Shown: positions 12,240 through 22,448, counted from the first letter of the stretch. The stretch: 64,000 nt of DNA from Burkholderiaceae bacterium (GCA_024235995.1 JACKLI010000001.1:2884145-2948144), one strand, 5' to 3'. Notes: generated from the letters alone by a model not told the origin. Numbers and translations: made by a program.

Positions 12240-12623
12240 TCACGCGTTGTCGGCCTGGGCCGTGGCGCGGCCGGGCAGCTTTTCCTTGATGCGCGCCTTC
12301 TTGCCGCTCAGGCCGCGCAGGTAGTACAGCTTGGCGCGGCGCACGTCGCCGCGGCGCTTGACCTCGATCTTGGCGATCAGGGGCGAGTAGGTCTGGAAGG
12401 TGCGCTCCACGCCTTCGCCGCTGGAGATCTTGCGCACGGTGAAGCCGCTGTTCAGGCCGCGGTTGCGCTTGGCGATCACCACGCCCTCGTAGGCCTGCAC
12501 GCGCTTGCGGCTGCCTTCGACGACGTTGACGCTGACGATCACCGTGTCGCCGGGGGCGAAGTCGGGGATGTTCTTGCCCAGGCGGGCGATTTCCTCTTGC
12601 TCGAGGGTTTGGATCAGGTTCAT
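12240..12623 (-). CDS. rplS: 50S ribosomal protein L19
   Basis: [12 protein letters not shown]...[35 protein letters not shown] is an unmistakable L19 sequence. Confidence 0.97.
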   Translation of the reverse strand: MNLIQTLEQEEIARLGKNIPDFAPGDTVIVSVNVVEGSRKRVQAYEGVVIAKRNRGLNSGFTVRKISSGEGVERTFQTYSPLIAKIEVKRRGDVRRAKLYYLRGLSGKKARIKEKLPGRATAQADNA

Positions 12624-12717
12624 CACGTTTCCCGTCTCGATCGTGCTCACGCTACGCTGGGGGCGGCTTGGCGGGTTGGCCGTGGCCGCGGCGGGCAGAG
12701 GATCGAAAAGCTTTTGA

Positions 12718-13491
12718 TTATAGCTCGGGCGCGGCGTCTTTCAGAACCTGCTCGTCCTGGCGGCTCAGCTGCCCGGCGGCGCGCGCGGCGGCGATCAGCG
12801 CCGGGCGCTCGCGCGCGGTCAGCACCAGGCGCTGCGCGCGCCGCCAGCGCTCGATCTGCGCGTGGTGGCCGCTCAGCAGCTCGGCCGGCACGTCCTGGCC
12901 GCGCCATCGCTCGGGCCGGGTGTAGTGCGGGCAGTCCAGCAGGCCGTCGATGGCCGGGTTGAAGCTGTCCTGCTGGTGGCTGCCCTCGTCGCCCAGCACG
13001 CCCGGCTGCAGGCGCGCCACGGCGTCCAGCAGCGCCAGCGCCGCGATCTCGCCGCCCGACAGCACGAAGTCGCCCAGGCTGATCTGCGCGTCCACGCAGC
13101 TGTCGATGAAGCGCTGGTCGATGCCTTCGTAGCGCCCGCAGATCAGGACGGCGCCCCGGCTTTGCGCCCAGGCCTGCACGCCCGCGTGCCGCAGCGGCTC
13201 GCCCACCGGCGAGAACAGCACGGCCGGCGCCTGCAGCTCGGGCGCCTCGGCGCGGTCGGCGCGCACGGCCTGCAGGCAGCGCGCCAGCGGCTCAGCCAGC
13301 ATCACCATGCCGGGGCCACCGCCGAAGGGCCGGTCGTCCACGCGGCGGTAGTTGCCCTCGGCCCAGTCGCGCGGGTTCCACAGCTTCAGCTCGATCTGGC
13401 CGCTGGCGTAGGCGCGGCGCGTGATGCCCGCTTCGACAAACGGAGCAAACAGCTCCGGAAACAGGGTGATGACGTCGAAGCGCATGCGCAA
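12718..13491 (-). CDS. trmD: tRNA (guanine37-N1)-methyltransferase
   Basis: [13 protein letters not shown]..., GRYEGIDQR, and [15 protein letters not shown] motifs. Synteny with rplS supports the call. Confidence 0.97.
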   Translation of the reverse strand: MRMRFDVITLFPELFAPFVEAGITRRAYASGQIELKLWNPRDWAEGNYRRVDDRPFGGGPGMVMLAEPLARCLQAVRADRAEAPELQAPAVLFSPVGEPLRHAGVQAWAQSRGAVLICGRYEGIDQRFIDSCVDAQISLGDFVLSGGEIAALALLDAVARLQPGVLGDEGSHQQDSFNPAIDGLLDCPHYTRPERWRGQDVPAELLSGHHAQIERWRRAQRLVLTARERPALIAAARAAGQLSRQDEQVLKDAAPEL

Positions 13492-13502
13492 GCTGCCTGG
13501 CG

Positions 13503-14492
13503 CTACTGCACCGAGCCGGGCTGGGGCGGCTGCTGCGCGGCGGGGGTGAACAGGCGGCCCACGTCGACGGCGTCGAAGCGCTCCTGCTGGCCGCAGAAAT
13601 CGCAGCTCACCTCCACCTGGCCCTGCTCGCGCAGGATGGACTCGGCCTCATCGCGGCCCAAGCCCTTGAGCATGGCGCCCACGCGCTCACGGCTGCACGA
13701 GCAGGCAAAGCGCGGGCCACTGGCGCCCTGGCGGGGCTCGAAGCGCTGCAGGGGCTCCTGCCAGAACAGGCGGCGCAGCACGGTGTCGGCGTCCAGCTCC
13801 AGCAGCTCCTCGCGCTTGAGGCTGCGCGCCAGCAGGCTCAGGCGCCCAAAGGCATCGTCGTCATCCGCGCCCTCGCCCTCCTCGCGCGCCACGTGGCTTT
13901 GCGCCAGGTTGTGCTGGCCCTGCACCGGCAGGCGCTGCAGCAGCAGGCCGGCGGCGCGCATGCCATCGGCGGCCAGCACCAGGGTGGTGTCCAGTTGCTC
14001 CGACTGGCGCATGTACTGCTCGATCACCTCGGCCACGCCCCGCAGCGCCACGCCGCCCGGGCCCGCCAGCGGCACCACGCCCTGATAGGGCTGCTGGCCG
14101 GGCAGGCGCAGCCGCGGGTCGAGCGTGATGGCGCAGCGGCCCTGGCCATGGGCATTGACCAGCTCGGCCAGCATGGCGCCAGGCGGCACGGCGCCGGTCA
14201 CCGAGGCGGTGGCGCGCAGGCGCAGGTCGGACTGCACCTCGGCCACGGCCAGCTTCACCGGGCCGTCGCCAAAGACCTGCATCACCAGCGCGCCGTCGAA
14301 CTTGATGCCGGACTGCATCAGCACCGCGGCGGCGGCCATTTCGCCCAGCAGCTCGGCCACCGGCGGCGGGTAGGCGCCGGTCTGGCTGTTGGCCGCGCGC
14401 CGGCGCAGCACCTCCTGCCAGGCGTCGGTCAGCACCACCAGCGCGCCACGCACCGGCAGGCCTTCGAAGATGAATTTGTGCAGCTCGGACAT
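13503..14492 (-). CDS. hslO: Hsp33 family redox-regulated chaperone
   Basis: C-terminal zinc centre with CSCSRERV and CDFCGQ. The N-terminal region LHKFIFEGLPVRG is also present. Confidence 0.92.
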   Translation of the reverse strand: MSELHKFIFEGLPVRGALVVLTDAWQEVLRRRAANSQTGAYPPPVAELLGEMAAAAVLMQSGIKFDGALVMQVFGDGPVKLAVAEVQSDLRLRATASVTGAVPPGAMLAELVNAHGQGRCAITLDPRLRLPGQQPYQGVVPLAGPGGVALRGVAEVIEQYMRQSEQLDTTLVLAADGMRAAGLLLQRLPVQGQHNLAQSHVAREEGEGADDDDAFGRLSLLARSLKREELLELDADTVLRRLFWQEPLQRFEPRQGASGPRFACSCSRERVGAMLKGLGRDEAESILREQGQVEVSCDFCGQQERFDAVDVGRLFTPAAQQPPQPGSVQ

Positions 14493-14508
14493 CCGGCACA
14501 GATGCGGC

Positions 14509-15033
14509 TCAGCCGAGTTTCTTCAAGCCGGACTTGAAGCGCCGCGCATTGTCGATGTAGTGCTGTGCGCTGCGGCGCAGGCCCTCGATCTGCTCGGGCG
14601 TGAGCTGGCGCACCACGCGCGCGGGAGCGCCCACGATCATGCTGCCGTCGGCAAACGCCTTGCCCTCGGTCACCAGCGCGCCAGCGCCCACCAGGCAGTT
14701 CTTGCCGATGCGCGCGCCGTTGAGCACCACGGCGCCGATGCCGATCAGCGACTCGTCGCCGATGGTGCAGCCGTGCAGCATGACCTTGTGGCCCACGGTC
14801 ACGTGCCGGCCGATGGTCAGCGGCTGGCCCACGTCGGCGTGCAGCACGCTCAGGTCCTGGATGTTGCTGCCCTCGCCCACCGTCATGTGCTCGGTGTCGC
14901 CACGCAGCACGCAGCCGAACCACACGCTGGCGTCGGCGGCCAGCGTCACGTTGCCGATCACCTCGGCCGAGTCGGCGACCCAGGCGCTGGGGTGCACGCG
15001 CGGCGCCGTGCCATCGAGTTCATACACGGCCAT
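14509..15033 (-). CDS. Gamma-class carbonic anhydrase-like hexapeptide-repeat protein
   Basis: 174 aa with left-handed beta-helix hexapeptide repeats. The motifs VLRGDTEHMTVGEGSNIQD and HGCTIGDESLIG are present. Confidence 0.88.
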   Translation of the reverse strand: MAVYELDGTAPRVHPSAWVADSAEVIGNVTLAADASVWFGCVLRGDTEHMTVGEGSNIQDLSVLHADVGQPLTIGRHVTVGHKVMLHGCTIGDESLIGIGAVVLNGARIGKNCLVGAGALVTEGKAFADGSMIVGAPARVVRQLTPEQIEGLRRSAQHYIDNARRFKSGLKKLG

Positions 15034-15072
15034 CGCAGAGCTCCTTCAGGCTGAAAAACGATAATTGTAGGG

Positions 15073-15888
15073 ATGGAGTTGCGCGCCCTCGCCCTGCAGG
15101 CCCTCGCGGCCGACGATCTTGAGAAAAAACTGGCCCTGGTCGGCGCCCTGTCTGCGCAAGAAGCTACCATAAAGATAGTAATCGATGGCACGCTCGCCGC
15201 CCCCACCCACTTGCCCGGCAGGCCCGCCAGGCCGGTGCTGATCGCCCACACGCAAGTGCCCCGGCGCTCGGTGCACACCCTCGAAGGCCGCGCGGCGCTG
15301 GTGCACGCCATCTGCCACATCGAGTTCAACGCCATCAACCTGGCGCTGGATGCCATCTGGCGTTTTGCCGGCCTGCCCGAGGCCTACTACCGCGACTGGC
15401 TGCGCGTGGCCGTCGAGGAAGCCCGGCACTTCGGCCTGCTGCACGCGCACCTGCAAACGCTGGGCCACCGCTACGGCGACTTTGCCGCGCACGACGGCCT
15501 GTGGAGCATGTGCGAGCGCACCCAGGGCGACGTCACCGCCCGCATGGCCCTGGTGCCGCGCACGCTGGAGGCGCGCGGGCTGGACGCCACGCCGCCGATC
15601 CAGCAAAAGCTGCGCGCCGTGGGCACGCCCGATGCGCTGGCGGCCTGTGCCATCCTGGACATCATCCTGCGCGACGAGATCGGCCACGTGGCCATCGGCA
15701 ACCACTGGTACCGCTGGCTGTGCGAGCAGCAGGACCTGGAGCCGCTGGCGCACTACGCGCAACTGACGGCGACCCACCAGGCGCCGCGGCTGAAAGGCCC
15801 GTTCAACCCATCGGCACGCCGGCAGGCCGGCTTCACGGCCGAGGAAATGGCGGCCTGGGACGACCCAGCCGACACACAGGACGGGTGA
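15073..15888 (+). CDS. Ferritin-like DUF455 family protein
   Basis: EGRAALVHAICHIEFNAINLALDA and RDEIGHVAIGNHWYRW match DUF455 di-iron-like motifs. Confidence 0.78.
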   Translation: MELRALALQALAADDLEKKLALVGALSAQEATIKIVIDGTLAAPTHLPGRPARPVLIAHTQVPRRSVHTLEGRAALVHAICHIEFNAINLALDAIWRFAGLPEAYYRDWLRVAVEEARHFGLLHAHLQTLGHRYGDFAAHDGLWSMCERTQGDVTARMALVPRTLEARGLDATPPIQQKLRAVGTPDALAACAILDIILRDEIGHVAIGNHWYRWLCEQQDLEPLAHYAQLTATHQAPRLKGPFNPSARRQAGFTAEEMAAWDDPADTQDG

Positions 15889-15908
15889 AGGCCCCGGTCC
15901 AGGCGCCT

Positions 15909-16859
15909 TCAGGCCTCGCAGCCCTGCGTGCGAAACCACGCGATGGTGTCGGCCAGGCCGTCCTGCAGGCTGACCGTGGGCTGCCAGCCGAGCGACTGCC
16001 GCGCCCGCGTGATGTCGGGCTGGCGGCAGCGCGGGTCGTCCTCGCGTCCCGGCACGTCCCGCACGCCGGCCGAACTGCCCGTCAGCCGCAGCACCTCGCG
16101 CGCCAACTCGGCCATGCTCACCTCGTGCGGGTTGCCCAGGTTGATGGGCCCCAGATCCTGGCCGTGCTCCATCAGGGCCAGCAGGCCGCGCACGGTGTCG
16201 CTGACGTGGCAGAACGAGCGCGTCTGCGCGCCGCCACCATGCAGGGGCAGCGGCTCGCCGCGCAGCGCATGGGCGATGAAGCTGCTGACCACCCGGCCAT
16301 CGCTGGGCCGCAGGCGCGGGCCGTAGGTGTTGAACAGGCGCGCCACGCGCACAGCCGTGCCGTGCTGCCGGGCGTGGGCCACCATCAGCGCCTCGGCGCA
16401 GCGCTTGCCCTCGTCGTAGCAGCTGCGCGGCCCGATGGGGTTGACGTGGCCCCAATAGCCCTCGGGCTGCGGGTGCACCTGCGGGTCGCCATAGACCTCG
16501 CTGGTCGAGGCGAGCAGCACGCGCGCACCGTGCGCCTGGGCAAAGTCCAGGGCGTTGAGCGTGCCCACCACGTTGGCGCGGAGGGTCTGTACCGGCATGC
16601 GCTGGTAGTCGGGCGGGCTGGCCGGGCTGGCCAGCTGGTACACGCGCCGGGCCGCCGGCAGCGCCTGCCAGAGCTGGGCGTCGGCCACGTCGCCGCGCAC
16701 CAGGGCAAAGCGCGGGTGCGCGCGCAGATGCGCCAGGTTGTCCAGCCGGCCGGTGGACAGATCGTCCAGGCACAGCACCGCTTCGCCGCGCGCCAGCAGC
16801 GCCTCGCACAGGTGGCTGCCCACGAAGCCGGCGCCGCCGGCAACCACGGTGCGTGTCAT
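15909..16859 (-). CDS. NAD-dependent epimerase/dehydratase (UDP-glucuronate decarboxylase-like SDR)
   Basis: Rossmann motif VVAGGAGFVGSHL, an SDR catalytic region SCYDEGKR, and overall UXS-like pattern. The start is MTRTVVAGG, with a GGAGG RBS upstream. Confidence 0.85.
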   Translation of the reverse strand: MTRTVVAGGAGFVGSHLCEALLARGEAVLCLDDLSTGRLDNLAHLRAHPRFALVRGDVADAQLWQALPAARRVYQLASPASPPDYQRMPVQTLRANVVGTLNALDFAQAHGARVLLASTSEVYGDPQVHPQPEGYWGHVNPIGPRSCYDEGKRCAEALMVAHARQHGTAVRVARLFNTYGPRLRPSDGRVVSSFIAHALRGEPLPLHGGGAQTRSFCHVSDTVRGLLALMEHGQDLGPINLGNPHEVSMAELAREVLRLTGSSAGVRDVPGREDDPRCRQPDITRARQSLGWQPTVSLQDGLADTIAWFRTQGCEA

Positions 16860-16947
16860 GGGGTCACCTCCGTGCTTCGCACTGCGGTGCGAGCCCCCGC
16901 GCTGCCGCAGGCTGCGCTTCGCTTGCCGGGAGCGGCCGGGCGGGAGC

Positions 16948-17736
16948 TCATGGTTGAGGGGCCGGCGCGCCGGGCTGGCCAAACGCCCAGCGCACGCGCA
17001 GCAGGGCCCAGAGCTCCTCGGGCGAAAGGTCCCGCCCCACGTGCTGCAAGGTGTCGTCATGCAGGCCGCCGGCGGGCACCGGCAGGCCCGCCTGGCGATA
17101 GCTGAACGCCCAGTTGGACTCGTAGCGCACCGTGGGCTGCCCGGTCCAGGCGACCTTCAGGCGGTGGTGCTGCATCAGCCAGCACATGACCCGGTCGCAG
17201 ATGGGCGCGATGGAACGGGGAATCTGGCACCACGCGCCCCACAGAAAGCCGGCCGAGCGGGCCAGGCTGATGCAGCTGGTGTCGACGAAGGTGCCGCCCA
17301 CCGGCTCGCCCGCGGCCGCCAGGCGCAGGTATTCGTGCCCGGGCACGAACAGGGTGCGCGAGGCAAACACGGCATCCAGCGGCGTGCCCGCGGCACGCGC
17401 GCGCTCGTACAGCTGCACCAGCGAGGCCGCGTGCGCGGGCTCCAGGTAGTTGTCGGCGTCGAGAAAGCACACCACGTCCATGCCGTCGGCCAGCGCGCAC
17501 TGCGCGCCGATGCCGCGCGGCGTGCAGCCGAAGTTGGCGTGCGCGTTGGGCAGCACGACGTGGCGCACGTCGGGCCAGTCGGCCAGCACCTCGGGCTGGG
17601 GAAAACCATCGGCCACCAGGTAGTGCACGGTATCCGGGTGGGTCTGGGTACGCACGCTTTGCAGGCACCGCCGCAGTACCGCCGCAGCCTCCTTGTAATA
17701 CGGCGTCACAACGGCAACACGAAGTGAACTGGGCAT
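16948..17736 (-). CDS. Glycosyltransferase family 2
   Basis: N-terminal VAVVTPYYKE...LQSVRTQTH and a DAD(N) motif are typical of GT2. Confidence 0.72.
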   Translation of the reverse strand: MPSSLRVAVVTPYYKEAAAVLRRCLQSVRTQTHPDTVHYLVADGFPQPEVLADWPDVRHVVLPNAHANFGCTPRGIGAQCALADGMDVVCFLDADNYLEPAHAASLVQLYERARAAGTPLDAVFASRTLFVPGHEYLRLAAAGEPVGGTFVDTSCISLARSAGFLWGAWCQIPRSIAPICDRVMCWLMQHHRLKVAWTGQPTVRYESNWAFSYRQAGLPVPAGGLHDDTLQHVGRDLSPEELWALLRVRWAFGQPGAPAPQP

Positions 17737-17754
17737 CGGCGGATTATCGGGGCC

Positions 17755-18060
17755 TCACCCCCGCGGATGATGCTGCGCGTGCAAATCCTTCAGCCGCTGG
17801 CGCGCGATGTGGGTGTAGATGGTGGTGGTGGAGATGTCGGCATGCCCCAGCAGCATCTGCACCGCGCGCAAATCGGCGCCGTGGTTGAGCAGGTGGGTGG
17901 CGAAGGCGTGGCGCAGCGTGTGCGGCGACAGCGGCGTGCCGATGCCGGCCTGGCGCGATAGCGCTTGACCAGGTTCCAGAACATCACGCGCGACATGGCC
18001 GTGCCCGGCGTGCGCCCGGCGCTGGTGACGAACAGCGCCTCGGTCTGGCGCGCGCCCAGC
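17755..18060 (-). pseudogene. Displaced 3' fragment of xerD (frameshifted)
   Basis: It aligns colinearly with 20566-20872 and begins at the same TGA. There are about 12 differences, including a 1-bp deletion near 17958 that splits the homology between two ORF-track frames (17755..18090 and 17790..18203). Confidence 0.88.
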
Positions 18061-18190
18061 GACTCGATGAAGGCGCTGGGTCGATGACATGGACAGGAAA
18101 GCCTTGCTCTGTCATCGATTTTGACGACAGACAAGGGGCATGCCGCGGGGCACGATGGATGGGTTTTCCACCCACTCAAGGAGCCCTTCG

Positions 18191-19711
18191 ATGAACATCG
18201 CATCGCCCACCCGATTTGCTGCCTTGGCCTTGGCCGGGTTTGCGCTCAGCGCCCAAGCACAAAAACCTTCCGCCGATCTGGACATCCCCACGCTGAGCGC
18301 CAGCCAAGCCGCACGTGCGCTGTGCGCCGGGCGTTTGAGCAGCGAGCAGTTGGTCAGTGCCTACATCGCGCAGGCCAAGGCCAAGCCAGATCTCAACGCC
18401 TTCATCACGCTCGACGAGACTGGCGCGCTGGCCGCTGCCCGCGCCGCCGATGCCGCCCGAGCCAAGCGCCCTGCTGGCACCGCCTGCAAGCCGCTGGACG
18501 GCCTGCCCATCGCGATCAAGGACAACATCCAGGTGCGTGGCCTGCCTGCCACCGCAGGCACGCCGGCGCTGAAAAATTTCGTGCCCGCTACCGATGCGCC
18601 GGTGGTCGCCAGGCTGCGGGCCGCTGGCGCCATTGTGCTGGGTAAAACCAATATGCACGAACTGGCCTTCGGCGTTACCGGCTACAACCCGGCCTTCCAT
18701 TCAGGTGCCAACATTGGCGTGCGCAATGCCTACGATCAGCACCGTATCGCAGGCGGCTCGTCCTCGGGCAACGGCGCGGCCCTGGGCGCGCGCATGGTGG
18801 CCGCCGCGCTGGGCACCGACACGGGCGGCTCGGTGCGCATCCCCTGCGCCTTCAATGGTTGCACCGCGCTGCGCCCTTCCGTAGGACGCTATCCGCAGCA
18901 AGGCATCGCGCCGATCTCGCACACCCGCGACACCGCCGGCCCCATGGCGCTGTCGGTGGCCGACCTGGTGCTGCTCGACCGCGCCATCACCGGCGGCGGC
19001 GCCGTCAAACCGGTCCCACTCAAGCGCGTGCGACTGGGCATGGCCGCACCCTTTTTCGCCCATCAGGATGCCGACACCCGCGCAGCCACCGACGCCGCGC
19101 TGGCCAGGCTGCGCGCCGCCGGCGTGACGCTGGTCGACGTTCAGATGCCCAGGCTCATGGAACTCAATGGCGCCGTGGGTTTTCCGGTCGCACTCTACGA
19201 AGCCCACGACGACATGGCGGCCTACCTGGCGAAATACCACACCGGCATCGACCTGCAACAACTGGCTGCGGGCATCGCCAGCCCCGATGTGAAAGCCACG
19301 TTCGACGGCCTGGTGCTGCCGCGCAAACTGCCAGCAGCCCAAGGGGTCGTCGATGCAAGACCCGCCTATGAGCACGCCATGCGCGTGGCGCGCCCGGCGC
19401 TGCAAAAACTGTACCGGGACACGTTCAAGAAATACCGGATCGATGCGCTGGTGTTCCCAACCGTGCCGCAAGTGGCCCTGCTGGCCACGCCCGAGGCCAG
19501 CAGCGTCCAGAACTTTGGCGCGCTGATCCAGAACACCGATCCGGGCAGCAACGCCGGCATTCCGGGCCTGCAACTGCCTTCGGGCCTGGGGCGTGACAGC
19601 GGCCTGCCCATCGGGCTGGAACTGGATGGCCCCGCTGGCAGCGACCGCCATCTGCTGGCGCTGGGCTTGGCCATCGAGCCGGTGTTGGGACGACTGCCTG
19701 CGGCCAAGTAA
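18191..19711 (+). CDS. Amidase-signature family amidase with an N-terminal signal peptide
   Basis: The AS motif [12 protein letters not shown] is present. The signal peptide [23 protein letters not shown] is preceded by AAGGAG at 18178-18183. Confidence 0.85.
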   Translation: MNIASPTRFAALALAGFALSAQAQKPSADLDIPTLSASQAARALCAGRLSSEQLVSAYIAQAKAKPDLNAFITLDETGALAAARAADAARAKRPAGTACKPLDGLPIAIKDNIQVRGLPATAGTPALKNFVPATDAPVVARLRAAGAIVLGKTNMHELAFGVTGYNPAFHSGANIGVRNAYDQHRIAGGSSSGNGAALGARMVAAALGTDTGGSVRIPCAFNGCTALRPSVGRYPQQGIAPISHTRDTAGPMALSVADLVLLDRAITGGGAVKPVPLKRVRLGMAAPFFAHQDADTRAATDAALARLRAAGVTLVDVQMPRLMELNGAVGFPVALYEAHDDMAAYLAKYHTGIDLQQLAAGIASPDVKATFDGLVLPRKLPAAQGVVDARPAYEHAMRVARPALQKLYRDTFKKYRIDALVFPTVPQVALLATPEASSVQNFGALIQNTDPGSNAGIPGLQLPSGLGRDSGLPIGLELDGPAGSDRHLLALGLAIEPVLGRLPAAK

Positions 19712-19724
19712 ACACCTCGCCTTG

Positions 19725-20456
19725 TCAGTGCGGCTCCATCGGCAAGGCTTGCGCGAGCGCGGAGCGGCGCTCGATGCCGAGCTTGTCGAAAATGCGCCGC
19801 AGATAGGTGCGCACCGTGGGCACGCTCACCCTCATGCGGCGAGCAATGCCCTTGTCGGTCAGGCCTTCGCGCACGGCGCGCGCCACCTGCTGCTCGCGCG
19901 CGCTGAGGCTGGTCCATGACGAAGCCGGCATGGCGCGCCGCTGCGCCCGCTGCATGGCACCCACAAAAGCCGGCTCGATCAGGTTCAGCATCAGTGTTTC
20001 GCGCTGCCCAAAATCGCCCCGCGCCCGACAGCGCCAGATGCGCAAATCGCCCAGCGCGTGGTCATCGTCGAAACTGTGCAGATTCAAACCCCAGTACAAG
20101 CCGTCGCGCGCCAGAAAATCGTTGAAAAAAGGCGTGCGCACCAAGGCGCGCTGGGACATCACCTCGCTCACGCGGGTGGCGCGGCGGCGCGACTGCAAGA
20201 CAAAGGTGATCGGATCGTGGTGTTGGTGCCACTGGTCATAGGTGTCCAGGTTGGCTGGCTCCATATTGATCGCCACCCGCGAGCCAAAGCAGCCTCGCTC
20301 GGCATTCCACACGAAGGAGGCGAACTGGTCGGCTCGCAGCAGACTCAGCAAGGAATGCCCCAAGCGCTCGCGGATTTCACGCTCGCCACAGTCATCACGC
20401 GCCAGCAAGCCCAGCACGCCGCGCAGCGCCTGCTGATCCGATCCGCTCAGGTACAT
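19725..20456 (-). CDS. LuxR family transcriptional regulator
   Basis: C-terminal HTH LSAREQQVARAVREGLTDKGIARRMRVSVPTVRTYLRRIFDKLG. The N-terminal ~170-aa sensor-like domain has no function I can assign. The start is MYLSG with a GGAG RBS. Confidence 0.8.
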   Translation of the reverse strand: MYLSGSDQQALRGVLGLLARDDCGEREIRERLGHSLLSLLRADQFASFVWNAERGCFGSRVAINMEPANLDTYDQWHQHHDPITFVLQSRRRATRVSEVMSQRALVRTPFFNDFLARDGLYWGLNLHSFDDDHALGDLRIWRCRARGDFGQRETLMLNLIEPAFVGAMQRAQRRAMPASSWTSLSAREQQVARAVREGLTDKGIARRMRVSVPTVRTYLRRIFDKLGIERRSALAQALPMEPH

Positions 20457-20565
20457 GCTTATCTCCGTTCCTTGGCGAGCTGAGCCCATGCCCAACCCAT
20501 GTGTGCGGGGCAAAAATTAGCCAAAATCGAAGGTCATACCAAGCGTAAATACCCGCGGCCGCATG

Positions 20566-20872
20566 TCACCCCCTTGGATGGTGCTGCGCGTGCAAATCCT
20601 TCAGCCGCTGGCGTGCGATGTGGGTGTAGATGGTGGTGGTGGAGATGTCGGCGTGGCCCAGCAGCATCTGCACCGCGCGCAAATCGGCGCCGTGGTTGAG
20701 CAGGTGCGTGGCGAAGGCGTGGCGCAGCGTGTGCGGCGACAGCGGCGTGGTGATGCCGGCCTGGCGCGCGTAGCGCTTGACCAGGTTCCAGAACATCACG
20801 CGCGACATGGCGGTGCCCGGCGTGCGCCCGGCGCTGGTGACGAACAGCGCCTCGGTCTGGCGCGCGCCCAGC
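20566..20872. repeat. Direct-repeat partner (intact xerD 3' end) of 17755-18060
   Basis: Hand alignment gives roughly 96 % identity over about 306 bp. Homology ends near ...gcgcgcccagc in both copies. Confidence 0.88.
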
Positions 20873-21468
20873 AGCTCGGGGCGGCCCTGGCGCAGCCAGC
20901 GCTCCAGCCAGTCGCGCGCCAGCTCGCCGAAGGGCACCAGGCGCTCCTTGCTGCCCTTGCCCAGCACGCGCAGCACGCCTTCGTTCAGGCCCACGTGGAT
21001 GACCTTGAGGCCGACCAGCTCGCTCACGCGCAGGCCGCTGGCGTACATCAGCTCCAGCATGGTGCGGTCGCGCAGGCCCAGGGCGGTGTCGGTGTCGGGC
21101 GCGGCCAGCAGGGCCTCGACCTGCGCCTCGCTCAGGGTCTTGGGCATGCGCGGGGGCTGCTTGGCGGGCCGCAGCTTGAGCGTGGGGTCGGCGCTGACCC
21201 CATGCTCGCGCAAGGCCCAGCGAAAGTAGCGCTTGAACACCGTCAGCCGCCGGTTGGCCGAGGTGGCGCGGGTGTCGGCGCGGGCGGCGAAGTAGGCCAG
21301 CAGGTGCTGCTCCTGCGACTGCGGCAGCGCCAGGCCGTGCGTGCCGCGCAGCCAGCGGTCGTACAGCGCCAGGTCGCGCCGGTAGGCCGCCAGGGTGTTG
21401 GCCGACAGGCCGTCTTCCAGCCACAGCGCATCGGTGAAGCGGTCGATGCTCGGGTCGCTCTCGGTCAT
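20566..21468 (-). CDS. xerD: Site-specific tyrosine recombinase XerD
   Basis: 300 aa with an N-terminal SAM-like domain (IDRFTDALWLEDGLSANTLAAYRRDL). The catalytic region carries [12 protein letters not shown] and [14 protein letters not shown]. Confidence 0.95.
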   Translation of the reverse strand: MTESDPSIDRFTDALWLEDGLSANTLAAYRRDLALYDRWLRGTHGLALPQSQEQHLLAYFAARADTRATSANRRLTVFKRYFRWALREHGVSADPTLKLRPAKQPPRMPKTLSEAQVEALLAAPDTDTALGLRDRTMLELMYASGLRVSELVGLKVIHVGLNEGVLRVLGKGSKERLVPFGELARDWLERWLRQGRPELLGARQTEALFVTSAGRTPGTAMSRVMFWNLVKRYARQAGITTPLSPHTLRHAFATHLLNHGADLRAVQMLLGHADISTTTIYTHIARQRLKDLHAQHHPRG

Positions 21469-21512
21469 GCGCGCATTGTCGGCCAGCCCCGGCCTTCGTC
21501 TATCCTCGCGCG

Positions 21513-22424
21513 ATGCGTGACGCCCAGCTGCTGCTGCCCGACTTCTCCCTGATCCTGGTCGGCTACCTGCTGTGCCGCTTCACGGCGCTGGACCGGCCGG
21601 TGTGGCAGGCGGTGGAGCGGCTGGTGTACTTCTTCCTGTTTCCGGTGTTCCTGCTGCAGTCCATCGTGCGCACGCCGCTGGACCTGCACGCCGCCTCCAC
21701 GCTGATCGGCGCCGGCCTGGCGCTGATGGCCTGCGGCATCGCGCTGGCCTGGTCCCTGCCCTGGCTGCCGGGGCTGCGGCGCGTGATCGACGTGCGCGAC
21801 CACGCTGCCAGCGCGCAGATCGCGTTTCGCTTCAACTCCTTCATCGGCCTGGCCATGGCCGAGCGCGTGCTGGGCCCGCAGGGCCAGCAGCTGGTGGCGG
21901 TGCTGGTGGGCGTGAGCGTGCCGCTGGCCAACGTGGCGGCGGTGTGGCCGATGGCGCGCCACGGCGGGCGCTCGTTCGCGGCCGAACTGGTGCGCAACCC
22001 GCTCATCATCGCCACCGCCGCCGGCCTGGCGGCCAACCTGGCCGGGCTGGCGCCGCCCGGCTGGCTGCAGACCACGCTGGCGCGCATCGGCGGCTCGTCG
22101 ATCGCGCTGGGCCTGCTGACGGCCGGCGCCGGCATGCAGCTGGCCAGCCTGGCGCGCGGCAAGGCGCTGGGCGCCGGGGTGCTGGCCATCCGCCACGCGC
22201 TGCAGCCGCTGGCGGCCTGGGTGCTGGCGCGCGCCTTCGGGCTGGGCGCGGCCGAGACCACGGCCCTGCTGATCTTCTCGGCCCTGCCCACCTCGTCGAG
22301 CTGCTACGTGCTGGCCGCGCGCATGGGCTACAACGGCGCCTTCGTGGCGGGGCTGGTCACACTGTCGACGGTGCTGGGCCTGGCCAGCCTGGGCGGCGCG
22401 CTTCAGCTGGCCGGCGCGCGCTGA
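21513..22424 (+). CDS. AEC (auxin efflux carrier) family transporter
   Basis: 303-aa polytopic membrane protein with an AEC-like start MRDAQLLLPDFSLILVGYLLC and a duplicated 5-TM pattern. Confidence 0.78.
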   Translation: MRDAQLLLPDFSLILVGYLLCRFTALDRPVWQAVERLVYFFLFPVFLLQSIVRTPLDLHAASTLIGAGLALMACGIALAWSLPWLPGLRRVIDVRDHAASAQIAFRFNSFIGLAMAERVLGPQGQQLVAVLVGVSVPLANVAAVWPMARHGGRSFAAELVRNPLIIATAAGLAANLAGLAPPGWLQTTLARIGGSSIALGLLTAGAGMQLASLARGKALGAGVLAIRHALQPLAAWVLARAFGLGAAETTALLIFSALPTSSSCYVLAARMGYNGAFVAGLVTLSTVLGLASLGGALQLAGAR

Positions 22425-22448
22425 AGCGCGCTTGACAGGACGCGGTAA

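Noticed and set aside
15150-15190. Weaker REP-like patches: gcgcaagaagctaccataaagatagtaatcg inside the DUF455 gene, 35895-35935 (cagctcttcttttgatagctac), and 505-545 near the rpoD promoter.
   Set aside because: Only one arm of the repeat is recognisable. In the DUF455 case the neighbouring aaaaaa match belongs to a natively conserved DDLEKKLAL motif. This is too little evidence to call them copies.
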